Shown piece after piece: positions 41,850 through 57,043 of a stretch of 64,000 bases of DNA. The stretch comes from Octopus sinensis (taxonomy: Eukaryota). Below the pieces are notes generated by a model that made no database searches, was not told the DNA's origin, and worked only from the letters and a program-made list of their open reading frames with translations. A program made the position numbers and the translations under genes. Location: assembly GCF_006345805.1 (NCBI RefSeq), contig NC_043004.1, positions 33,046,001 to 33,110,000 on the forward strand, given 5' to 3'. The first letter of the stretch is position 1; every line of letters begins with the position of its first letter.

Positions 41850-42385
41850 ATCTTTTGCCTGTTTCAATCAGCAGACTACGGCCATGCTGGGGCACCGCCT
41901 TGAAGAAATTTTAATCGAATGAATTGACTCCAGTACTTTTTAAGACCGGTACTTATTCTATCAGTCGCTTTTGCTAAACTTCTAGCTTACAGGGACGTAA
42001 ATACACCAACACCGGTTGTTAAACAGTGGTGGTGGACAGACACACGAATTCAAATATACACGCACCTACAAATACACACATATACATGCATATACATGAC
42101 AGGCTTCCTTCAGTTTCCGTCTACCAAATCCACTCACAAGGTTTTGGTCAGCTCTAGGCAATAGTAGACGACACTTGCCCAAGGTACCATGCAGTGGGAC
42201 TGAAACCGGAGCCATATGGTTGAGAAGCTAACTTCTTACCACGCAACCGCGCCTGCGCCTCTATAACAATATATATAGCAGTAATTTTTGAAAATTTATT
42301 TTTTTATGAGAGTCAAACTTGCTGAAATCCAAATGGCTGAAGGGTGTGTGTACGTGTGCGTGCGTGCGTGTGTGTGTGTGTGTGT

Positions 42386-42423
<38 letters not shown>

Positions 42424-42814
42424 TGTGAAAGTATTTTTTCTTTTATTGACCACAAGGGTCCGTTTGTCTTTTTGTCCGTCCGTTCGTCCGTCTGCGGCTA
42501 TGCTGGGGCACCGCCTAGAAAAATTTGGGGACAAACACTTCCAAACACTCCCACACCGGTTGTCAAACGGTAGTAGGAGAAAAAGACAAACACAAAGATA
42601 AACACGCACACACACGACCACAGACACACGCGCACACACAAAGACACACACACAACGGGCTTCTTTCAATTTCCACTTACCATATCCACTCACAAGTTTT
42701 TAATCGGACCAAGGCTATAGTAGAAGACACTTGCTCAAGGTGCCACAGTTGGATTGAACCTGGAACAATGAAGTTGAGAAGCCAGCTTCTTATCGCACAG
42801 CCACGCCTGCACCT
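41850..42814 (-). mobile_element. Two older SINE B copies (~41850-42260 and ~42480-42814)
   Basis: Diverged reverse-complement family B motifs. Confidence 0.8.
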
Positions 42815-42859
42815 ATATATACATAAACATATGCACTCATCCATCTATTCACCAATGTA

Positions 42860-45800
42860 TCTATACATGCATGCATACGTACATACATACATACATGCAC
42901 GCATACGTTCATACATACATACATACATACATACATACATACATACATACAAACATACATGCATGAATAAATACATACATACATACATACATGCATGCAT
43001 GCATAGATACATATATACATACATACATGCATGCATACATACCTACATACATACATACATGCATGCATGCATGCATACATACATACATACATACAACATA
43101 CATGCATGCATGTATACATACCTACATACATACATCATGCATACATACATACATACATACATACATGCATAAATATATACATACACACACATACATGCAT
43201 ACATACATACATACATACATACATGCATGCATGCATGCATACATACGTACGTTCATAATTACATACATACATACATACATGCATACATACATACGTACAC
43301 ATACATACAAACATACATACATACATACGTACAAACATACACGCACATACATACATTTATGTTCTTTCTCTATTGGCAAGAAATCTGAAATAAACTGAAT
43401 AACGACATATATACATAGAAACACACACACATACATACACACATACATACATACATACATACATACGTACGTACGTTCGTACATACATACATACATACAT
43501 ACATACATACATACATACATACATACATACGTACGTACGTTCGTACATACATACATACATACATGCATACATACATACATACATACATACATGCATGCAT
43601 GCATGCATACGTACATACACGCATACATAGATACATACATACATACATGCATGCATGTATTCATACATACATACATGCATACATAGATACATACATATAT
43701 ACATACATACATGCATGCATACATACCTACATACATACATACATACATGCATGCATGCATACATACATACATACATACATACATACATACATAAACATGC
43801 ATACATGCATACATACAAACATACACACACATACATACATATATACATGCATGCATACATACATACATACATGCATACATAGATACATACATTCATACAT
43901 ACATGCATGTATGCATTCATACATACATACATACATACATACATACATACATACATACATACATAGATGCATGCATACATACATGCATGCATGCATACAT
44001 ACATACATACATACATACATGCATGCATGCGTACATACCTACATACATACATACATGCATGCATGCATACATACCTACATACATACATACATACATACAT
44101 GCATGCATGTATACATACCTACATACATACATACATGCATGCATACATACATACATACATACATACATGCATGAATAAATACATACATACATACATACAT
44201 GCATGCATGCATAGATACATATATACATACATACATGCATGCATACATACCTACATACATACATACATGCATGCATGCATGCATACATACATACATACAT
44301 ACATACATGCATGCATACATACATACATGCATGCATGCATGCATACATACATACATACATACATACATGCATAAATATATACATACACACACATACATGC
44401 ATACATACATACATACATACATACATACATACATGCATGCATGCATGCATACATACGTACGTTCATAATTACATACATACATACATACATGCATACATAC
44501 ATACGTACACATACATACAAACATACATACATACATGCATACATACACATGCATACATACATACGTACACATACATACAAACATACATACATACATGCAT
44601 ACATACACATGCATACATACATACGTACAAACATACACGCACATACATACATTTATGTTCTTTCTCTATTGGCAAGAAATCTGAAATAAACTGAATAACG
44701 ACATATATACATAGAAACACACACACATACATACACACATACATACATACATACATACATACATACATACATACATACATACATACGTACGTACGTTCGT
44801 ACATACATACATACATACATACATACATACATACATACATACATACATACATACATACGTACGTACGTTCGTACATACATACATACATACATGCATACAT
44901 ACATACATACATACATGCATGCATGCATGCATACGTACATACACGCATACATAGATACATACATACATACATACATACATACATGCATGCATGTATTCAT
45001 ACATACATACATGCATACATAGATACATACATATATACATACATACATGCATGCATACATACCTACATACATACATACATACTGCATGCATACATACATA
45101 CATTACATACATACATGCATGTATGCATTCATACATACATACATACATACATACATACATACATACATACATACATAGATGCATGCATACATACATGCAG
45201 CATGCATACATACATACATACATACATACATGCATGCATGCGTACATACCTACATACATACATACATGCATGCATGCATACATACCTACATACATACATA
45301 CTACATACATGCATGCATGTATACATACCTACATACATACATACATGCATGCATACATACTACATACATACATACATGCATGAATAAATACATACATACA
45401 TACATACATGCATGCATGCATACATACATACATACATACATACATGCATGCATACATACCTACATACATACATACATGCATGCATGCATGCATACATACA
45501 TACATACACATACATACATGCATACATACATACATACATGCATGCATGCATACATACATACATACATACATACATGCATAAATATATACATACACACACA
45601 TACATGCATACATACATACATACATACATACATACATACATGCATACATACATGCATACATACATACGTACGTTCATAATACATACATACTACATACATG
45701 CATACATACATACGTACACATACATACAAACATACATACATGCATGCATACATACACATGCATACATACATACGTACACATACATACAAACATACATACA

Positions 45801-47305
45801 TACATACATGCATACATACACATGCATACATACATACGTACAAACATACACGCACATACATACATTTATGTTCTTTCTCTATTGGCAAGAATCTGAAATA
45901 AACTGATAACGACATATATACATAGAACACACACACATACATACACACATACATACATACATACATACATACATACATACATACATACATACATACGTAC
46001 GTACGTTCGTACATACATACATACATACATACATACATACATACATACATACATACATACATACATACGTACGTACGTTCGTACATACATACATACATAC
46101 ATGCATACATACATACATACATACATGCATGCATGCATGCATACGTACATACACGCATACATAGATACTACATACATACATACATACTACATGCATGCTG
46201 TATTCATACATACATACATGCATACATAGATACATACATATATACATACATACATGCATGCATACATACCTACATACATACATACATACATGCATGCATG
46301 CATACATACATACATACATACATACATAAACATGCATACATGCATACATACAAACATACACACACATACATACATATATACATGCATGCATACATACATA
46401 CATACATGCATACATAGATACATACATTCATACATACATGCATGTATGCATTCATACATACATACATGCATACATAGATACATACATTCATACATACATG
46501 CATGTATGCATTCATACATACATACATACATACATACATACATACATACATACATACATACATACATACATACATGCATACATGCGTACATACCTACATA
46601 CATACATACATGCATGCATGCATACATACCTACATACATACATACATACATGCATGCATGCATACATACCTACATACATACATACATGCATGCATACATA
46701 CATACATACATACATACATACATACATACATGCATGCATGCATACATACATACATATGTACCTACATACATGCATGCATACATACATACATACATACATA
46801 CATACACACACACATACATGCATACATACATACATACCTGCATGCATGCATACATACGTACGTTCATAATTACATACATACATACATACATACATGCATA
46901 CATACATACATATGCATACATGCATACATACAAGCATACACACACATACATACATATATACATACATGCATGCATACATACATACATACATGCATACATA
47001 TATACATACATTCATACATACATGCATGCATGCATACATACATACATACATACATACATACATGCATGCATACGTGCATGCATGCATACATACATACATG
47101 CATGCATACATACATACATACATACATGCATACACACATACATACATATACATACATACATACATACATACATACATACATACATACATGCATACACACA
47201 TACATACATACATACATACATATATACATACATACATACATACATACATACATACATACATACATACATACATACATACATACCTACACACATTCATACT
47301 TACGT
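42860..47305. repeat. ~4.4-kb higher-order satellite of (CATA)/(CATG)/(CGTA) tetramers, ~1.2-kb period
   Basis: A complex ~50-bp spacer recurs at 43356, 44652 and 45865; landmark gttcataat recurs at 43251, 44461, 45672 and 46862. Confidence 0.9.
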
Positions 47306-47639
47306 ACGTGACTCCTTTATTCTTTCAACAGATCTATCTAGGGTTTCAACGCAAAACAAACACTCGTGATTCTCTCATAGAATGCAAGAAGAATGGAATC
47401 TTTTCCGTAGATCATGGATGCCTTCGGTTTACAACCATTTCTCTTTTTTGTTCCATCCTTCTTTTGCTCCTCCTCTCCAAAATCCACCCACTCCTCGTTG
47501 TAGCAACACAAGATCTCAGTACAACTGGGAAGAAGTACAAAATATCCTGGCACGGTGATTGAGGTTACCATTCCCACTATTTGCATTGCTGCAACTAATG
47601 GTATTTTGGATGCAGCACCTTTTGATGCCTGTCATTATT

Positions 47640-48040
47640 ACTGCTGTCTTTAAATTCCGCCGATGTCGACTTTGCCTTTCATCCTTTCGGGGTCGATTAA
47701 ATAAGTACCTATTTCTTTATTACCCACAAGGGGCTAAACACAGAGCGGACAAACAAGGACAGACATAGGTATTAAGTCGATTACATCGACCCCAGTGCGT
47801 AACTGGTACTTAATTTATCGACCCCGAAAGGATGAAAGGCAAAGTCAACTTCGGCGGAATTTGAACTCACAACGTAACGCAGACGAAATACCGCTAAGCA
47901 TTTCGCCCGGCGTGCTAACGTTTCTGCCAGCTCGCCGCCTTATTACATACGTACACGATTAAATAAGTACCAGTTAATCACTGGGGTTTGTCCTGGTTTG
48001 TCCCCTCTACGTTTAGCCTCTTATGGGTAATAAAGAAATG
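47640..48040. mobile_element. Antisense SINE A nested in a sense SINE A
   Basis: 16-bp TSD cgattaaataagtacc at 47694-47709 and 47956-47971. Confidence 0.9.
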
Positions 48041-48334
48041 ACTATTATTCCGCTCCTTGCTACTGTCCTCCGTTTTCGTTCTTCCTTTGTTTTTTTGGTT
48101 TTTTTTTCAGTTCCTCACTGCAGAAAGTCTTCAAGTTTCTTTTACTGCTACATGTATCACACCTGGTCTGTTTTTGTTCTGCACCAACAGTCTAGTGGAT
48201 TTCTTTTCTGAAACCACAGATGGGGTACAGCTTCGACATGACTACGAGTCTTTCAGAGTCATCAGACTGGTACATCTATGCAAAACCTGACTGACCACAA
48301 AACATTTTTGGTTCACAACACACCTATACTCGTT

Positions 48335-48913
48335 TCTACTATAGGCACAAGTCCCGAAATTCAGGGAGTTAGGTATGAGTCGATTACATCGACTCCAATG
48401 CGTAACTGGTACTAAATTTATCAACCCCGAAAGGATGAAAGGCAAAGTCGACCCCAGTGGCAATTGAACTCAGAACGTAGCGCCAGATGAAATACCTATT
48501 TCTTTATTACCCACAAGGGGCTAAACACAGAGGGAACAAACAGGGACAGACAAACGGATTAAGTCGATTACATCGACCCCAGTGCGTAACTGGTACTTAT
48601 TTAATCGATCCCGAAAGGATGAAAGGCAAAGTCGACCTCAGAGGAATTTGAACTCAGAACGTATCGGCAGACGAAATACCTATTTCTTTACTACCCACAA
48701 GGGGCTAAACACAGAGGGAACAAACAGGGACAAACAAACGGATTAAGTCGATCACATCGACCCCAGTGCGTAACTGGTACTTAATTTTATCGACCCCGAA
48801 AGGATGAAAAGTAAAGTCGACTTCGGCGGAATTTGAACTCAGAACGTAGCGGCAGACGAAATACTACTAAGCATTTCGCCCGGCGTGCTAACGATTCTGC
48901 CAGCTCGCTGCCT
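48335..48913 (-). mobile_element. SINE A tandem array (one head, three bodies)
   Basis: Junctions gaaatacctatttc at ~48490 and ~48674. Confidence 0.9.
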
Positions 48914-48927
48914 TACACTATATTCAT

Positions 48928-49308
48928 GGAAGCTCTCCATCGGTTACGACGACGAGGGTTCCGGTTGATCCGATCAACGGAACAGCCTGCTCGTGAAATT
49001 AACGTGTAAGTGGCTGAGCACTCCACAGACACGTGTACCCTTAACGTAGTTCTCGGGGATATTCAGCGTGACACATAGAGTGACAAGGCCGGCTCTTTGA
49101 AATACAGGTACAACAGAAACAGGAAGTAAGAGTGAGAGAAAGTTGTGGTGAAAGAGTACAGCAGGGATCACCACCATCCCTGCCGGATCCTCGTGGAGCT
49201 TTTAGGTGTTTTCGCTCAATAAACACTCACAACGCCCGGTCTGGGAATCGAAACCACGATCCCACGACCGCGAGTCCGCTGCCCTAACCACTGGGCCATT
49301 GCGCCTCC
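48928..49308 (-). mobile_element. SINE family C full-length copy
   Basis: 13-bp TSD acactatattcat at 48915-48927 and 49309-49321. Confidence 0.92.
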
Positions 49309-49750
49309 ACACTATATTCATAATGCTTCATCAAAGTATCAAGTGGCCAAGGCACAACATCTGAACCGATGTCACAGAGCGTGGCTCTTGTATTCTGTTG
49401 TCTCATAGATAGTAGCAAGATCTTATGGACAGGTGTGTACTAACAAATTGATTAAGTTACCTTGCTGTCTGTGTTGCAACTGGTGGCGTTCTAGAAAACC
49501 GATTTTAGTAGCAGCCATGGTCTTCATTTTTGAGAGCTGCTGCTACTACTACCTCTGCTGCTGGTCTTTATACTTTCTTTTTTCCACTTGTCTCTTCTGA
49601 ACAGAAAAATACTTAAAGGACTTTTATTATCAGACACATGGACACTGGACCTTTTGTCTCTGTGGTACCACTCTCAACTTCTCTTTCTTTCCTCATCCCT
49701 GATGATCTTTAACACACACACACACACTCTCTCTCTCTCTCTGTCTCTCT

Positions 49751-49814
<64 letters not shown>

Positions 49815-49849
49815 TTATCTATCTATCTGTCTGTCTGTCTGTCTGTCGC

Positions 49850-49924
<75 letters not shown>

Positions 49925-50094
49925 ATCTATCTGTCTAGCTAGCTGGCTATGTATGTATGTGTGTATGTATGTTTGTATGAACGAATGTATGTATGTATGT
50001 ATGTATGTATGTATGTATGTATGTATGTATGTATGAACGTATGTATGTATATATGAACGTATGTATGTATATATGAACGTATGTATGTATATAT

Positions 50095-50462
50095 AGGTGT
50101 GGCTGCGTGGTAAGAAGTTGGGCGAGTATCTTTTAATATAGCTTCGGACTGACCAAAAACTTGTAAGTGGATTTGGTAGATGGAAACAGAAAGAAGCTCA
50201 TTGTATGTGTGTGTGTGTGTGTTTGTGTCTGGACATGTGTATGTGTGTTTGTGTCTGTGTTTGTCCCCCACCATCGTTTGATAGCTAGCATTAGTGAGTT
50301 TACATCTATGTTACTTAGCAGTTCAGCCATAGAGACTGATAGAATAAGTACCAGACTTCCAAAAGTAAGTAAGTACAGGTGTCAATTCATTTGACTAAAA
50401 ATTCTTCAAGGGGTGCCCCAGCATGGCCACAGCCTAGTGGCTGAAACAAATAAAAGATAAAA
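50095..50462 (+). mobile_element. Older SINE B copy
   Basis: Diverged family B motifs. Confidence 0.8.
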
Positions 50463-51304
50463 ATATACACATCCATATATACATATATCTATGTATGTAT
50501 GTATATATATATATATATATATAAGCAACAAGTATATCCAAGGTAGAGTAGTACATATACTTGTTGCTTATTGTGATTATAATCACCCCATTTGATTTAT
50601 ATGGATAATACCATACAAAATTCTGGTGCCTTTAACTTAAGTACCATATTCATCTGAATCTAAATTTTGCTGAACTTATATATATATACACACACACAAA
50701 TATGTATGTATATTCGCACAGACACATGTATACACACATGTGTGTGTATTGTTTTGGAGCCTAACCAATAGACTGTTACTATATCAATAATATGGCTAGC
50801 TTTACCAGCTGATTATAATGTAAAGATGTACGACAGAGCTGACGTTAAATTGTCCGGTAGTTGAATGGGCAGCGCTTGCAATATTAAATATTCTCCAATG
50901 AAAGAAGTTAAGAGATAAACAATATCTTTCGCTCTAACATTACTGACAAACGGTTAGCGCTTTGTCTCTTATTACAAAACTTAATATCATTAAAATGGTA
51001 TCTGTTGAATGGCTCTCGTTTAATATAGGATACAGTCAGGAATATCTTACTGGAACATTTCTGGGAATTTATTGTTTCAGGAGCAATTCATAGGAAATAT
51101 TACTTATTATATTTTATCGATATATTCATGAAATTGAACTTCCTCATTTGATCTGAGATACACTTGCTTCCCAATTATGTGGTTCTGGGTTCAGTCCTAC
51201 GGCATAGCACCAAGGGCAAGTGTTTTCTACCATAGCCTTGGGCAGACCAAAGCCTTGTGAGTGAACATGGCTAATGGAAACGGAATGAAATCCATCACAC
51301 ACCC

Positions 51305-51348
<44 letters not shown>

Positions 51349-51909
51349 ATATATATATTAATTAGAGAAAAACCACTATTATGTAATTCAAACAATGATA
51401 GACATAAACCAAATCATAAAGAAAAAATAAAATATATTATAAAACATGTAACTAGATCACAAAAAGTAAAAAAAAATGAATAAACAATATATAATAAGTA
51501 AAAAGACTACATACGAAATTTCGTAGCTATAACTTCAATTCAAATTACAATTAAATTTAAATTTAATCGAAAAACAATTCAGTTTAAAAGTATAGTCACT
51601 CCTCAGTGACTATACTTTTCAATATATATATATTTTTACGGAGATGTACTTGTATAGCAAATAACCTGATCTGAAATCGTGTGCTGGAATGAAAACAATT
51701 GCAGCATGGAAGGTGTTTATAAACCATTTAAAAACACACAAAAACGGTTAGATTCAGTTCAACATTTAAATTTCATTTGCTAAAATATTTTCATTGCTTT
51801 GAGATGCGACCTGTTCACTGCCAAAATTCCGTGCTATATATATATACATATATATATACACATATATACATACATATATATATACATATATACATATATA
51901 CATACACAA

Positions 51910-51967
<58 letters not shown>

Positions 51968-51969
<2 letters not shown>

Positions 51970-52248
51970 AGACGCAATGGCCCAGTGGTTAGGGCAGCTG
52001 ACTCGCGGTCGTAGGATCGCAGTTTCGATTCCCAGACCGGGCGTTGTGAGTGTTTATTGAGCGAAAACACCTGAAGCTCCATGAGGCTCCGGCAGGTGTG
52101 TGGTGGCGATCCCTGCTGTATTCTTTCGCCACAACTTTCTCTCACTCTTTCTTCTGTTGGCCTGAAGGCTAAAACAATGTGAAGCGCATTGTGACCAGCG
52201 ATGTGTAGCAACATCTGATAGCCTGGTTGGTCACGGTGATCACGGTGA
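51968..52248 (+). mobile_element. SINE C subfamily with an alternative 3' tail
   Basis: Same head as 38685 but the tail reads ...gcattgtgaccagcgatgtgtagcaacatctgatagcctgg...tcacggtga x2. Confidence 0.8.
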
Positions 52249-52859
52249 TATATATATATATATAGTAAAACCACTTGCCAACATAATGTGGCAGTCCTGG
52301 TTGGGTTGAACATTACTGCTATCCAGCCCCAGGAAACATTGTCTCCAGTTGGCTATACAACACACTGTGTCCTTATATTTTTGAACAGGGGAGTTTAGCG
52401 TCCCCACTCAGCACAAACCAATATCTGCATACTGCAGTTTCTGGGTTATTTCACTTCTTCAGCACATTGTGTTAGCAAGTATTCTTTACTTTGGAGTACT
52501 GAGTGTCTCAAGTTGAGAAATTTAGAAATAATTTTTCTATTTATTAGATCAGTAACTGTGTGTCACTTTGAAAATTATATATTCAAATAGGAATTTAACA
52601 GTGCCAGACCACTTGATTTCGGTCTGCTGGAATCTCTTCAAGGATGGGCACCCATTTGCTTGGCATAACAGTAATTTAACCTTGCTTGTAATATATAGAA
52701 AATACAGTGTCATACAATTGCATATTGAAGTTTTACAAATCGATATTGGGCCTTACTTTTGTGTTAGCATGCCTTGTTTTCATTTTTGTGTTTTTTCTCC
52801 ACAGATTTTCTACAAATTTTCTTTAGAGTACACCTGGTTCTGAACTCTACAGGGAAATC

Positions 52860-54290
52860 ATTTGAAATAAACTAAAATTCCAGGTGACAAATGTACACAT
52901 ATAATGGACACATTACCTGTTACCTATCACAGGACAGGTAAAACTCTGGTTATTCAATATTTTTCTCTTACAACTTTCTATTTTATGTTGAGACATTCCA
53001 AATGTTACAGGGATAGGTATTAGCTTATCTAAACAACAGAACATGGACAATTTATGAATCGATGCCAAGAATATTTCTGTTTACTTGTTTCTTCTTCAAA
53101 GATTCCTGAACTATTTCTACACCTTGTCTTTTAGATTTAAATCCAAAATTTACAATCTTTAATGAAATATCCATCGATCAAACAATATAGAGAGCTCACA
53201 ACATAAAACCTCACGGGAATATTTCAAACTTAAAAGTATTATATTTTGAAACACAAGTTGATGTATTTCATGCAAAAACTGGTCTTTTTTTTTCGTTGTT
53301 ATTCATAGCAGCAATAACTCAGTGTTCTATCTCTCCTGCCAAATAATGGTGTCTGTAAGTTTTAACTGATATAATTCTTGGCAAATACAGTTTGTTTATG
53401 TCATATTTCTTCTTAATATAAAGCAAGTGAGATGAAATGCTCAACATTTTCGAGATGAAAGTAACAATGGGCTGTGGAAAGATGGAAGTATTTATGGGTA
53501 TTTTGATTGCTATTTGTCCAAGAAGTTTTACAGTCTTTGAAAGGTTTATGTTCTTCATATTTCTATTGGTTCCAAGTAGGACAATTCAGACAGTGATGCT
53601 CTGTTTTTATTTTATTTTAGTTACTCTTAATAAAATATGATAGACTGGCAGATGTCAACCTCACTCGAGAGACCTGAAATCTTAACAAATAACACAATAA
53701 GAGGAATTTATGCCTTTCAATGATTGCGCTTATAATTTATAAGTATCAAAGTACTTTAGTGCAAAAAGTGAGTTTATTTCAAGCAAAGTTATTGCTTTTG
53801 GCTTTTTGAGAAAGGTGTGATTATACTATTTGAAGTTCAAATTGGTCTGTAAATCTAATGTATATAAATGAAAGATACCTCCTACTTTCTCTCCTTCTCT
53901 CTCTCTCTCTCTCTCTCTCACTCTCTCTCTCTCTCTCAAAAGGATTATTTCCCACTTAAGTAGTCTTTTATAATGTTCATTCTGTTCATCTTTGTCACAC
54001 GGGGAAGTTTTGAATGCCATACTTGATTCTAAAGATCAAAGTAAAATACATATATTGCTTTCTCAACTCATCACATCACAGTCTCTGGATGTCGACTAAT
54101 ATATTGATGACAACGTTCTTTGGATAACATTATAATTATATTCTAAAGCAGGATGATTGTTTTATATTTCATGAACTCAAGGAAACATCCTTGATACATT
54201 GCCAGAACATCTTCTTAGAATATTTCATATAGAAAATATCAATTTGTAACTTTAACACTTTATTATGTTAACATTTTGTTTAAGTAAAAG
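52860..54290 (+). pseudogene. Probable decayed leucine-rich-repeat (TLR-like) coding remnant
   Basis: Broken frames give CLLDLNPKF, GNISNLKVLYFE, ILTNNTIRGIYAFQ*L and ILKQDDCFIFHELKETSLIHC; many stops. Confidence 0.35.
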
Positions 54291-54817
54291 GTTCTGAAAT
54301 TGTTTTTAGCAAAATAATAATTAGATGGAAGGCTGTATGTATGATGTGTAATTAGAAATTAATAATAAAGTCATTACAGGAGAAAAATTAACACATTATG
54401 ATAAGGATCAAGTAACACTATATGATGCTAAACGTTTCTGGAAGAATTGCATCTAAGTAGTTAGAATACACACTTAGGAGTTGATGTGTTAACAGCTCTT
54501 ACATCATCAGCGTCATCACTTCCCCTATTAAGTCAATAATGGAAATAAGTGTGACATAGAGTCACAGTTTATTGTTGCATAATTGACAAGTGTTTCAGTA
54601 ATATACCCTGTTGTACTCAAGTTATCTAACTCGACAAATGGAAGCCATACAAAACCATTCCAATATATCTCCCATTCAAACACATTATGAAGATCAAATA
54701 CTCAAGGGTACCTTAATAACCTCCGCAAGGTTATAGGACATTACTAGCTAATAATATTTTACTTCTTTGTTACATCTCTCCTGTTTTTTATTGTGAGAAG
54801 CAATATGAACCAACTAA

Positions 54818-55755
54818 AGGCTGGCGAGCTGGCAGAAACGTTAGCACGCCGGGGGAAATGCTTAGCGGTATTTCGTCTGTCTTTACGTTTTGAGTTCAAA
54901 TTCCGCTGAAGTCGACTTTGCCTTTCATTCTTTTGGGGTTGATTAAATAAGTACCTGTTATGCACTGGGGTCGATGTAATCGACTTAATCCCTTTGTCTG
55001 TCCTTGTTTTTCCTCTGTATGTTTAGCCCCCTGTGGGAAATAAAGAAATAAATATAATCCAGCTAGTTTCAGGTCTTTTAGCCAGATAAACGAAATATTC
55101 TTTTCTACTCTAGGCACAAGGCTCGGAATTTTTTTTGGGGGGGGCGGGGGGGGGGGGGGCAGTCAATTAGATCAACACCAGTACGCAACTGGTACTTAAT
55201 TTTTTGACTCAGAAAAGATGAAAGGCAAAGTTGACCTCAGGTAAAGAAAATATTAAAACAGCAAATGGAAGTTTTATCATTAAATGTTGAGACAACAACA
55301 TCAGTTTCCAATATTTCAGACACACTAAAGGTGGCAAGCTGGCAGAATCATTAACATTATTGGCAAAATGCTCAGCAGTATTTCATCAGGCTTTAGGTTC
55401 TGAGTTCAAGTTCTTTCAAAGCCTTCTTTGCCTTTCATCATTTCAGGGGTGATAAAATAAATACCAGTTATGCACTGGTGTTGGCGTAATTGATTTATCC
55501 CCTCCTCTGGACTTGCTAGCCTTGTGTCAAAATTTAAAACCAATATTCCAGAACTATTAGCAACACCAAACAAAAACCATAGCAGCATTTGGTCTGTCTT
55601 TACATTTTGAATTCAAATGTTTCTGAGGTTGTCTTTGCCTTTCATCTTTTGGGGTCGATAACATAAGTACCAGTCATATCCGGAGGTCGATGTAATCAAC
55701 CTGTCCCCTCCCCTGAACTTGTTGGTCTTGTGCAAAAATTTGAAACCAATATTTC
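54818..55755. mobile_element. Cluster of 4-5 SINE A copies and fragments
   Basis: Repeated heads and Meta cores on both strands. Confidence 0.85.
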
Positions 55756-56017
55756 AGATCCACTACAGCAGGGATTCCCAAATTTATGTTGTTACAGAAT
55801 CTTCATATGATTTACCAAATATCCTCATAGAACCTACACTAATCATTTATGAACGAGCTCCACCAGGCTAACTATAAGAGGTCATTAAATCATTAAATGT
55901 AACAAATGATTAAGTGAGAGATTTTACTTACTTATATATATATATATATATATATGGGTGTGTATGTGTGTGTGTGTATATATATTTATATATATATATA
56001 TATATATATATTATATG

Positions 56018-56066
56018 GCTTCCTGATGATTTCTTTTGAATGAAACAGTTCTAGTCCTGTAGAAGC
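56018..56066 (+). ncRNA. Type I hammerhead ribozyme motif, copy 1
   Basis: gcttc-CTGATGA-t-ttc-tttt-gaa-t-GAAA-cag-ttctagtc-ctg-TA-gaagc; all core residues and stems I-III are present. Confidence 0.8.
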
Positions 56067-56186
56067 TCCTTCTATAAAATAAATTAATTTACTCTGCTAT
56101 GTATTGAGTACCTTATTTACTGTGGTTAACCCCGACTCAACCCGGGACCTACATATATATATATATATAATATATATATATATATG

Positions 56187-56235
56187 GCTTCCTGATGATT
56201 TCTTTTGAATGAAACAGTTCTAGTCCTGTAGAAGC
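56187..56235 (+). ncRNA. Type I hammerhead ribozyme motif, copy 2 (169 bp downstream)
   Basis: Identical to 56018-56066. Confidence 0.8.
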
Positions 56236-56899
56236 TCCTTCTATAAAATAAATTAATTTACTCTGCTATGTATTGAGTACCTTATTTACTGTGGTTAACC
56301 CCGACTCAACCCGGGACCTACATATATATATATATATATATACCCCACACATACACATATAATATATATAGAAAATCACCTTGATTTTCATTTTGAAAAA
56401 TGATGAATATCTCGCTGTAGACAAATAGGTGTAAACACACTAAGTTCTACCTGGCTCAGTGTGTTTACACCTCTTCATCTACAGTGAGAATTTTTCTCCA
56501 TGTCAAAAATATATTGAATGACCTCCTTAAGCATATTTTGAACTGGTAACAAGTCTATATTTGTACACATCACTACTTAGCGCTTCTACTCCTCATTTTA
56601 TTTATAGCCAGCTACTGATCAGTGCAGCCAGTGACATAGTATGATGACTGGAATATGATTAGAGAGCCTTACCTCTTCTTGGTTCACAGTGCTCCTCTTC
56701 TCCAATGTCTGGTGCTGAAGAGAAAATAACTACTCCAAAATGCATGCTCCCATCAATATGGATAAGGAGTGCTTTGAACTGACTTGATCTGCTGACACCT
56801 ATTTGTCTTTAGTGAAAACTTTTCTCCATCACAAGATATAATGAATGGCTTTCACATGGGTTTCAATATTCCTCAAGTGTATTTGAACTGATAACAGGG

Positions 56900-57043
<144 letters not shown>

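Noticed and set aside
43356-45913. Regularly spaced repeat/spacer pattern reminiscent of CRISPR
   Set aside because: Eukaryotic context, ~1.2-kb period, intervening DNA is itself repeated, and there are no cas genes
42525-47562. Many long ORFs (up to 371 aa) rich in HTYI/MYVC
   Set aside because: Translations of (CATA)n; open in several frames on both strands
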